DNA from: Alphaproteobacteria bacterium
Lineage (GTDB): Bacteria > Pseudomonadota > Alphaproteobacteria > UBA8366 > Aestuariispiraceae
DNA: 39,423 nt
NCBI GenBank assembly: GCA_029212835.1
Contig: JARGPE010000004.1
Coordinates: forward strand, 1-39,423
Direction of reading: 5' to 3'
Part shown: positions 18,825 through 26,068 of the stretch, one piece after another
Layout of the letters: each line of letters opens with the position of its first letter
How positions within the stretch are numbered: position 1 is the first letter of the stretch
The notes under the pieces: generated by a model
Database searches by the model: none
Told to the model about the DNA's origin: nothing
What the model saw: the letters and a program-made list of their open reading frames with translations, nothing else
Made by a program: the position numbers and the translations under genes

Positions 18825-18860
18825 TGATCGGAAATAAAGGGCTGCTGATGAGGTGTCTCT

Positions 18861-19556
18861 TTAAACGATTTTCACCCGGAGGGTGCCCACATTTTCTGCA
18901 GATCCTTCCATAACGTCACCCACCACAACAGGTCCAACCCCGGCCGGTGTCCCAGTGAGAATCAAGTCGCCTGGATACAACGTATGAAACCGCGACAGGT
19001 CTTCAATTGTTTCACTGACAGACCAGATCATTTCATCCATAGGGGCGTCCTGGCGAATTGTCCCATTCACGGATAGGGCAATGCGCCCATCGACAATTTC
19101 ACCGGTTTTCGCGATCGGAACAATTTCCCCCATCGGCGCGGAATATTGGAAGCTTTTGCCATTGTCCCAAGGACGTCCCTTGTCTTTGGCTTGGCTTTGC
19201 AGGTCACGACGGGTCATGTCCAGGCCGATAGCATAGCCGAAAATATGAGAGGCGGCATCTGCTTTGGAGATATTTGCGCCTTCCTTGCCAATTGCGACCA
19301 CCAACTCGATTTCGTGATGATAATTGGATGTTTCAGGCGGATAGGGGATCTCTACCGTTGCGCCCGGTGCGCAATAAACAATGGCATCCCGGACCTTGGT
19401 GAAGAAGAAGGGTGGGTCCCGATCTGTGACACCCATTTCCTCTCGGTGCGCCCAATAATTCCGACCAACACAATAGATATTGCGAACCGGAAACTGGGCG
19501 TCGCTTCCTTGGACAGGCACCGCAGTTACAGGCGGGGCGGGAAATGTGTAGGTCAT
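18861..19556 (-). CDS. Fumarylacetoacetate hydrolase family protein, probable fumarylpyruvate hydrolase (NagK-like)
   Basis: IYCVGRNY, PPFFFTK, HHEIELVV, GLDMTRRDLQ, GRPWD.GK, GDLILTGTPAGVG; directly downstream of gentisate dioxygenase. Confidence 0.88.
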   Translation of the reverse strand: MTYTFPAPPVTAVPVQGSDAQFPVRNIYCVGRNYWAHREEMGVTDRDPPFFFTKVRDAIVYCAPGATVEIPYPPETSNYHHEIELVVAIGKEGANISKADAASHIFGYAIGLDMTRRDLQSQAKDKGRPWDNGKSFQYSAPMGEIVPIAKTGEIVDGRIALSVNGTIRQDAPMDEMIWSVSETIEDLSRFHTLYPGDLILTGTPAGVGPVVVGDVMEGSAENVGTLRVKIV

Positions 19557-19595
19557 TCAAGAACTCCTGACTGAATAGAGATAATCGTGTTGATA

Positions 19596-20636
19596 CTATC
19601 TAGCGATCCGTTCTTCACGCCAGATATTGAGGTTTTGCTGCATGCCCTTATCGGAGAAGGCAAACAATGTCAGTTCTTCCGCCGGGGTATAGGTGACGGT
19701 ATGCCAGCTTGGGATAACAAAGGTGTCCCGCGGTTTCAGATCGTATTTGGTTTCGCCGATCTGAACAGATCCGGTCCCTTCGACTACTGTTACCACCGTC
19801 GCGTCCGTCGCGCGGTAAGGCTCAGTCTTGAAGCCCTTGGGCAGCAGTTGGACGAAACCTGAAATGGTCGGCATCATCGGGCCTCCGGTTGCCGGATTGA
19901 TGAATTCCAGCTTCAACCCCTGGTGCGGGTCCCATTCCGTCGCGTCCTTCATATCCTCCAATGCTTGACGGTATTCGGCATAGGGGTAATGGAAAACAGG
20001 GCTGGACTTCGGGGCATCAAAGCCGACGGGCAGCATATTGCGGCCAAATTGCGCGCGGCTGAAGCCAGGTGGCCGACGGTCCAACTGATACTCATCATTG
20101 CCCTGCTGGGCAAAGCCGGAATCGAAGAAACGCAGGGTCGGGATATCCAGTCCATCCAGCCATACCATAGGGCCGTTGCTGTGGTTGCCATGATCATGCC
20201 ATTGCCAGCTGGGAGTCAGGATCAGGTCGAATTCTTTCATCACGGCGCGTTCGCCATCAACGGCGGTATAGGCACCATCGCCTTCAACGATGAACCGCAA
20301 CGCCGATTGAGTGTGCCGGTGACAGGGCGCGATCTCGCCCGGCAGAATCAGTTGCAGTCCGGCATACAGGGTTCCCGTCGCGGAACTTTCGCCGGGGCAG
20401 CCGGGATTTTCCAGAATCAACACCCGGCGCTCGGCTTCTTTTGCCGTGATCAGCTCGCCACTGCTCATCAGATAGGGGCGAACATCTTTGTAGCGCCACC
20501 GCACTGGAACCACCCGTGTTGACGGTGCCTTTGGCACCAGTGCATGCAGCACTTCCCACAAGGGGGTCATGTTTAGGGGGCGAATTTCATCGTAAAACGC
20601 CTGCCGGTCGGCAGAGATGGGTTTGCTGTCGGACAT
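19596..20636 (-). CDS. gtdA: Gentisate 1,2-dioxygenase
   Basis: PLWEVL, AERRVLILENPG, TLYAGLQLILPGE, HRHTQSALRF, WHDHGN, WLDGLDIP, INPATGG (bicupin). Confidence 0.93.
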   Translation of the reverse strand: MSDSKPISADRQAFYDEIRPLNMTPLWEVLHALVPKAPSTRVVPVRWRYKDVRPYLMSSGELITAKEAERRVLILENPGCPGESSATGTLYAGLQLILPGEIAPCHRHTQSALRFIVEGDGAYTAVDGERAVMKEFDLILTPSWQWHDHGNHSNGPMVWLDGLDIPTLRFFDSGFAQQGNDEYQLDRRPPGFSRAQFGRNMLPVGFDAPKSSPVFHYPYAEYRQALEDMKDATEWDPHQGLKLEFINPATGGPMMPTISGFVQLLPKGFKTEPYRATDATVVTVVEGTGSVQIGETKYDLKPRDTFVIPSWHTVTYTPAEELTLFAFSDKGMQQNLNIWREERIAR

Positions 20637-20751
20637 ACCAGACTCCTGTTCTCAGAGGCGGCAATGGTTTCCGATCCGACCAGAAACAGCAAGACCTTCG
20701 ATTGGGAACAGCTGTTTCGTTATTTCGGATTAGCGCATTGCGTCAGACAGT

Positions 20752-20787
20752 CGACCGCCACCCCGGCGTTGATCCGGGGGGCGGTCG
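20752..20787 (-). terminator. GC-rich hairpin immediately after asd
   Basis: CGACCGCC-A-CCCCGG / CCGGGG-GGCGGTCG, 14 bp with one bulge; no poly-U. Confidence 0.5.
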
Positions 20788-20799
20788 TCCATCAGTATT

Positions 20800-21816
20800 T
20801 TAGACCAAGCCGTCCTTGATCATACGTTCGGCGATCTGGACGGTGTTCAAGGCAGCACCCTTACGCAGGTTATCGGAGACGACCCACATGGAGATCGTGT
20901 TGTCCTGTGTCGCATCATCGCGAATGCGGGAGATGTAGACAGCATCTTCACCGGCACATTCAACGGGGGTGACATAGCCTTCATCGGCGCGATGGTCGAC
21001 GACGATGCAGCCTTCTGCCTTGGACAGGGCCTTGCGGACTTCTTCGACACTGACGTCCTTTTCCAATTCCATATTCACGGCTTCGGCATGGCCGATGAAG
21101 ACTGGAACCCGCACACAGGTGGCATGAAGTTTGATCTTCGGGTCGAGGATTTTCTTGGTCTCGACCATCATCTTCCATTCTTCTTTCGTGGCCCCGTCAT
21201 CCATGAAGACATCGATATGTGGGATCACATTGAAGGCGATCTGCTTGGTGAATTTATTACGGTCCATGGGATCGTTCACAAAGACACCGCGGGTCTGGTT
21301 GAACAATTCGTCCATCCCGGCCTTGACAGCACCGGAAACCGATTGATAGGTCGAAACAACGACTCGCTTGATGCCAGCCAATTCATGGATGGGCTTTAGG
21401 GCGACGACCAACTGTATCGTGGAGCAATTTGGATTGGCGATAATGTTTTTCTTGCCGAAATCCTTCAATGCCTCTGGATTGACTTCTGGCACGACCAACG
21501 GAACATCCGGATCCATTCGGAATTGAGAGGTGTTGTCGATCACAACAGCCCCGGCCCTGGCTGCCTTAGGCGAATATTCCGCACTGACCTTTGCGCCCGG
21601 GGAGGAGAGCACGAAATCAGTGCCCTTGAAGTCAAAATGTTTCAGTGCCTGGACTTTTAGCGTTTGTGTTTCGCCATAAGAAACTTGCTTGCCAACTGAC
21701 GCCTCGGAGGCCAGGGCAATGACGTCATCCACAGGAAACCCGCGTTCCGCCATGATCTTTAGAATTTCCTGGCCAACATTTCCCGTTGCGCCAACGACGG
21801 CTACTTTATAACCCAT
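20800..21816 (-). CDS. asd: Aspartate-semialdehyde dehydrogenase
   Basis: VVGATGNVG, IDNTSQFRM, VPEVN, catalytic ANPNCST, AFNVIPHID, TKEEWKM, TCVRVPVFIGH, DNLRKGAA. Confidence 0.97.
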   Translation of the reverse strand: MGYKVAVVGATGNVGQEILKIMAERGFPVDDVIALASEASVGKQVSYGETQTLKVQALKHFDFKGTDFVLSSPGAKVSAEYSPKAARAGAVVIDNTSQFRMDPDVPLVVPEVNPEALKDFGKKNIIANPNCSTIQLVVALKPIHELAGIKRVVVSTYQSVSGAVKAGMDELFNQTRGVFVNDPMDRNKFTKQIAFNVIPHIDVFMDDGATKEEWKMMVETKKILDPKIKLHATCVRVPVFIGHAEAVNMELEKDVSVEEVRKALSKAEGCIVVDHRADEGYVTPVECAGEDAVYISRIRDDATQDNTISMWVVSDNLRKGAALNTVQIAERMIKDGLV

Positions 21817-21884
21817 TTCTATGTTCCTTCTTTTTACGTCCGTCTTTTGGTTTGATGTGGGGCAGAGCGTTCCGGCCTAGATAC

Positions 21885-21959
21885 GCTTCGGGCCGGGGAG
21901 AACCCGGCCCGATGAAGCAGTCTTGCTATAGTCGGATGCGCGGGGTCTCGTTAGACTCC
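21885..21959 (-). promoter_or_regulatory. Structured 5' leader of asd (candidate attenuator helices)
   Basis: Perfect 10-bp stem TCGGGCCGGG (21888-21897)/CCCGGCCCGA (21903-21912); hairpin GGAGUCU-AACG-AGACCCC over the leader stop codon; alternative GAGACCC/GGGUUCUC pairing. Confidence 0.6.
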
Positions 21960-22022
21960 GGTGGTGGTTTTTCCAGTTTTGGCTTTACCAGCCATGATCG
22001 TCGTCGCAGAAGTCGCGCGCAT
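21951..22022 (-). CDS. Putative asd leader peptide, 23 aa: MRATSATTIMAGKAKTGKTTTGV
   Basis: Read manually: ATG CGC GCG ACT TCT GCG ACG ACG ATC ATG GCT GGT AAA GCC AAA ACT GGA AAA ACC ACC ACC GGA GTC TAA. 7 Thr, 3 Lys, 1 Ile, 1 internal Met. TGGGG SD-like element upstream; ends 134 nt before the asd start. Confidence 0.75.
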   Translation of the reverse strand: MRATSATTIMAGKAKTGKTTTGV

Positions 22023-22076
22023 CGGATACCCCAATGATGTATCAGTCTGGTCAGCGAACCGACCAAATTCGGCGCA

Positions 22077-22105
22077 ACACTAGCCATGCCCTTATGATCC
22101 CGCAA
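22077..22105 (-). promoter_or_regulatory. Candidate sigma70 promoter upstream of the asd leader
   Basis: Minus strand (C)TTGCGG, 17 nt, (GC)TAGTGT; fits the alphaproteobacterial RpoD pattern and would place the small ORF inside the asd transcript. Confidence 0.5.
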
Positions 22106-22228
22106 GGGATATTTCGATATCTCGCCGATCTGGTTACATAGATATTAAATTTGACCGGTCCCTTACCCCAGCCGCACAAAGCTTCTATGCTGGGCAGTTG
22201 ATCCTCTTCCCGTTGGAAGGCGAAATGG

Positions 22229-23248
22229 CTATTTTGCCAGATTATCCAAGATGTCGTTGGAGGTGATGATCCCTATCGGTTCTCCGTCTTGCATAACACG
22301 GATCGGAATCTCTGTGCTGCGGCTGATCTTGATGACTTCGTTGACCGTCAAATCATAGGGAACCTCAGGCGCATCGGCGGGGGCGGTGCCTTGAACCATG
22401 ACATCTTGAGCGCACAGAACCCCCAGGGGATTCATATGCGCGACGAAATCAGCAACATAATCATTGGCTGGGGCGCGGATGATTTCTTGCGGGGTGCCGC
22501 ATTGAACGATCCGCCCACCTTCCATGATTGCGATTCGCCCTCCCAGTTTGAAAGCCTCGTCCAGATCATGGCTGACGAAGATGATGGTGCGTTTCAATCT
22601 GGCTTGCAGATCCAGTAATTCGTCCTGCAAACGGGTCCGGATCAGTGGATCAAGGGCGGAGAATGGTTCGTCCATCAATAGGATAGGCGCATCGGTGGCG
22701 AAGGCACGGGCCAGACCGACACGTTGTTGCATCCCGCCGGACAATTCGCCGACCTTGCGGTCCGCCCAATCAGTCAGGCCAACCAGATCCAGTTGCTTGC
22801 GGGCCTGGGCTTCTCGCTTTTCACGATCCATGCCGGCCAGTTCCAGTCCCAGGGCCACATTGTCAACGACATTACGCCAGGGCAGCAGCGCGAATTGTTG
22901 AAATACCATGGCAATATGGGCCAGCCGCATTTGGCGCAGGGTCGCAGGATCGGCAGTGGTGATATTAACCATGCCGTCCCCGCCGTCGATGGAGACGGAG
23001 CCTCTGACAACAGGGTTCAGGCCATTGACTGCCCGCAACAGGGTGGATTTGCCCGATCCCGACAGGCCCATCAGGACCAGAATCTCACCCTTTTCAACTT
23101 TTAGGCTGCAATTATGAACGCCCAGGACCTGTCCGGTTTTCGCCTGAATTTCGGCGCGCGACTGTCCTTCATCCATAGCGGGCAGGGCGGCGGCGGGTTG
23201 TTTCCCAAAGACGATGGAAACATTATCGAAAACAACGGCATCGCTCAT
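22229..23248 (-). CDS. choV: Choline ABC transporter ATP-binding protein
   Basis: GLSGSGKST, LSGGMQQRVGLARA, MDEPFSALDPLIR, YVADFVAHMNPL; short CBS-like tail. Confidence 0.9.
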   Translation of the reverse strand: MSDAVVFDNVSIVFGKQPAAALPAMDEGQSRAEIQAKTGQVLGVHNCSLKVEKGEILVLMGLSGSGKSTLLRAVNGLNPVVRGSVSIDGGDGMVNITTADPATLRQMRLAHIAMVFQQFALLPWRNVVDNVALGLELAGMDREKREAQARKQLDLVGLTDWADRKVGELSGGMQQRVGLARAFATDAPILLMDEPFSALDPLIRTRLQDELLDLQARLKRTIIFVSHDLDEAFKLGGRIAIMEGGRIVQCGTPQEIIRAPANDYVADFVAHMNPLGVLCAQDVMVQGTAPADAPEVPYDLTVNEVIKISRSTEIPIRVMQDGEPIGIITSNDILDNLAK

Positions 23249-24084
23249 TTGTCGCGCCTTTCTATGCGAAGAATCCGGTCCAGCATGATCGCGACGACTA
23301 CGATGATAAAGCCGCTTTCAAATCCCAGAGACGTATTCACGGAATTCAGCGCCCGGACAACCGGTACGCCCAGACCGTCGGCCCCGACCAGGGCGGCGAT
23401 CACGACCATAGACAGCGACAGCATGATGGTCTGGTTCAGGCCCGCCATGATTTGTGGCATAGCATAGGGCAGTTCTACCTTCCACAGCGTTTGGGAAGGG
23501 GTGGCCCCAAAGGCGCGGGCCGCTTCTAACAAGGGTGTTGGTGTTGTTGAAACACCCAAATGGGTAAGTCGGATGGGCGCTGGAACGACGAAAATCACAG
23601 TTGCGATGAGGCCGGGCACCATCCCAATTCCAAAAAAGACAATGGCGGGAATGAGATAAACGAAGGTGGGTAATGTCTGCATCAAATCCAGCACGGGGCG
23701 CATGGCTTGATAGAGCCGCGGGCGGTGCGCGCTGGCGATGCCGATTGGCACGCCAATGGCCATACAGACGACGCAGGCAGACAGAACCAATGTCAGGCTT
23801 TCAGTGGTTTCTTCCCAATAGCCCTGGTTCAGAATGAACAGGAATCCCAAAAAGACAAATAACGTGATTTTCCAACTGCGATGCGCGAGCCATGTCAACG
23901 TAACCACGATCCCAACAATAACCAGGGGCGGGGGTGTCTGCATAACCCACAGCAAACTTTCAATCAGCGTTTCCATGGCAATGGACAGTCCATCAAAGAA
24001 CCAGCCGCCATGGGTCTGCAGCCAATCAAAGACAATTTTGGCCGTATGGCCAACAGGGATTTTTGTTTCGCTAATCCATTCCAT
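23245..24084 (-). CDS. choW: Choline ABC transporter permease
   Basis: KIPVG, PVLDLMQTLPTFVYLIP, IMAGLNQTIMLSLSMVVIAALVGADGLG; ATGA overlap with choV. Confidence 0.9.
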   Translation of the reverse strand: MEWISETKIPVGHTAKIVFDWLQTHGGWFFDGLSIAMETLIESLLWVMQTPPPLVIVGIVVTLTWLAHRSWKITLFVFLGFLFILNQGYWEETTESLTLVLSACVVCMAIGVPIGIASAHRPRLYQAMRPVLDLMQTLPTFVYLIPAIVFFGIGMVPGLIATVIFVVPAPIRLTHLGVSTTPTPLLEAARAFGATPSQTLWKVELPYAMPQIMAGLNQTIMLSLSMVVIAALVGADGLGVPVVRALNSVNTSLGFESGFIIVVVAIMLDRILRIERRDK

Positions 24085-24126
24085 GGAGGGCCATTCCTTC
24101 GATCAGTGTCGCGGAAAGGGGAAGTG

Positions 24127-24156
24127 AAAACCCCTCCCACTGGATGGTGGGAGGGG
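24127..24156 (-). terminator. Hairpin with U-tail between choX and choW
   Basis: 10-bp perfect stem CCCCTCCCAC/GTGGGAGGGG followed on the minus strand by TTTT. Confidence 0.65.
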
Positions 24157-24166
24157 CTTGTACTTT

Positions 24167-25099
24167 TTACAGGCCTAGGCTGGATTTCACAGCCGCCATC
24201 GCATCGCCACCGTCTTTGGTGGTAACACCGGCAAGCCAGGCATCCAGAACGCCAGGATTGGCTTTCAACCAGGCAGCAGCGGCCTCGTCCGGGTCTTTAC
24301 CGTCATTCAGGATCGCCGCCATGATTTCATTTTCCATGGCCAAAGAGAATTTCAGGTTGTTCAGGAAGGCGCCGACATTCGGGCATTCCTGGATATAGCC
24401 TTTACGGACATTGGTGTAGACTGTCGCGCCACCCAGATTGGGGCCGAAATAGTCATCGCCACCGGTCAGATAGGTCATGTCGTAATTGGCATTCATCGGA
24501 TGGGGTTCCCAGCCCAAGAACACGATCGGCTCGTTACGTTTGGACAAACGATCAACCTGGGCCAACATACCTTGTTCTGAGCTTTCTTTGATTTCAAAGT
24601 CTTTCAGGCCGAAAGCATCCTTTTCAATCATGTCCATGATCAGGCGGTTGCCGTCATTGCCGGGTTCGATCCCATAGATCGTGCCGCCCAGTGCATCCTT
24701 GTGCTTGGCGATGTCGGCGAAGTCTTTGATCCCTAGATCGGCCCCAGCTTTGTTCACAGCCAGCGTATATTTGGCCCCTTCCAGGTTCTCACGAGGCGTT
24801 TCAATGCTGCCTTCGTCGCGATAAGGGGCGATATCTGCTTCCATGGTGGGCATCCAATTGCCCAGGAACACATCAATATCGCCAGCCTTCATCGAGGCAT
24901 AGGTAACGGGAATGGACAGCAGTTTCACATCGACATCATATCCCAGTGCTTTTAGCACGGTCTTGGACGCAGCGGTTGTTGACGTAATGTCGGTCCAGCC
25001 AACATCCGAGAACCGCACTTCGTCGCATTGAGCAAAGGCAATATTGGAGCTTACAGCAAGCGCCGCGATTGCGGTCATGGAGGTTTTCAAAAATTTCAT
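24167..25099 (-). CDS. choX: Choline ABC transporter substrate-binding protein
   Basis: VRFSDVGWTDI, FLGNWMP, GAKYTLAV, YGIEPGNDGN, SSEQGML, LGWEPHPMN. Start at 25099 with AGGAGAG upstream. Confidence 0.92.
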   Translation of the reverse strand: MKFLKTSMTAIAALAVSSNIAFAQCDEVRFSDVGWTDITSTTAASKTVLKALGYDVDVKLLSIPVTYASMKAGDIDVFLGNWMPTMEADIAPYRDEGSIETPRENLEGAKYTLAVNKAGADLGIKDFADIAKHKDALGGTIYGIEPGNDGNRLIMDMIEKDAFGLKDFEIKESSEQGMLAQVDRLSKRNEPIVFLGWEPHPMNANYDMTYLTGGDDYFGPNLGGATVYTNVRKGYIQECPNVGAFLNNLKFSLAMENEIMAAILNDGKDPDEAAAAWLKANPGVLDAWLAGVTTKDGGDAMAAVKSSLGL

Positions 25100-25235
25100 A
25101 TTTGGTCTCTCCTGTTTTGATGCCGCCGGGTTTAAAGTCCCGAGATCAGCATTCTTCAAATTTGAAGCAACAGGGTTCAACGTTAGACCAAAAACCGCAA
25201 CTTATTTCTCAAATAGCCTGTTTTTTAGAATCGGA

Positions 25236-25982
25236 TCACCCTCTTGGATGTGCCAAGGAAACGGACTGACAGGCGGCCTTTAAGGACGCCAAGAAGGGGG
25301 CTGCCGGGTCAATCAAATCGGGACCGGTTGAGATCAATGTCACGACAGCTTCGGCTTCATTCTGCCAATTGGTAACAGGTACGGCGAGGGCAAATAGGCC
25401 GGGGATGAAATCCCCTCCAGCCACCGCATATCCTTGGCTTTGAATCTTGCGTTTCAGGACCTGCGCGGTGGCATATTTGCCCTTGGGCAGAAGTGGCTTT
25501 GTCAAGGCATCGGCACTATAGGCCAGAAAGACCTGCCCGGTTGCTGATGTCATTAATGGCAAAACTGTACCCAAGCCTAATGTCGTGATGACGTGATCGC
25601 GTCCCCGCTCCCACCGGACAATGGTTGAGCCACTGGCCCCTAGGACGGACAGCATCGCTGTGGTCCCCAGCTTAGACACAAGATCCGGCAAAATGGCAGC
25701 GGTCTCATTCACAAAGTCATTTCTTGCCAGCGCTGAAATCCCCAAGGCAGCGGCGAAGGGGCCAAGGTCATAGCGCCCGGAACGCTCCCGCTGGCGCAGC
25801 ATGCCTTGTGTGACCAGACTGGAAAGATAGCGGTGCAACTTGCTGGTCGCCATGCCAGTACGGGTGCCCACCTCCTTTAGGGTCAGGGGTTCAGAAGCCT
25901 CCGCAAAGACCCGCAGAACGGCCATTGCGATATCTACCGATCCAATTCCACGGCGTTCTTCAGAGTCCATAACCATGCTCAC
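25236..25982 (-). CDS. IclR-family transcriptional regulator
   Basis: N-terminal HTH (LTLKEVGTRTGMATSKLHRYLSSL...YDLGP) and effector domain (LGTVLPLMTSATGQVFLA, GLFALAVPV). Exact start uncertain (25970-25982). Confidence 0.92.
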   Translation of the reverse strand: MSMVMDSEERRGIGSVDIAMAVLRVFAEASEPLTLKEVGTRTGMATSKLHRYLSSLVTQGMLRQRERSGRYDLGPFAAALGISALARNDFVNETAAILPDLVSKLGTTAMLSVLGASGSTIVRWERGRDHVITTLGLGTVLPLMTSATGQVFLAYSADALTKPLLPKGKYATAQVLKRKIQSQGYAVAGGDFIPGLFALAVPVTNWQNEAEAVVTLISTGPDLIDPAAPFLASLKAACQSVSLAHPRG

Positions 25983-26068
25983 TCCCGATTCAATTATTGT
26001 CTATAGGTAAATATACTGTACCATAGTGAATAATAAAAATCATTAGATTGGGATAAAGGAGAGGCCGA

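Noticed and set aside
19923-20522. 199-aa plus-strand ORF
   Set aside because: Antisense shadow of gtdA with no motifs.
21786-22037. 83-aa plus-strand ORF spanning the asd upstream region
   Set aside because: TTG start, Arg/Ser-rich, overlaps the asd start antisense; the minus-strand 23-aa ORF explains the triplet pattern better.
22097-22110. ATCCC-GCAA-GGGAT mini-palindrome over the asd -35
   Set aside because: Only 5 bp and a single occurrence; insufficient to call an operator.
21817-22228. Lysine or SAM riboswitch upstream of asd
   Set aside because: No recognisable conserved aptamer elements by eye; a covariance-model search would be needed to exclude it formally.
25162-25180. TTGAA-N9-TTCAA upstream of choX as a BetI operator
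   Set aside because: Half-site spacing appears longer than the BetI sites I recall and no betI is in the window; unsupported.
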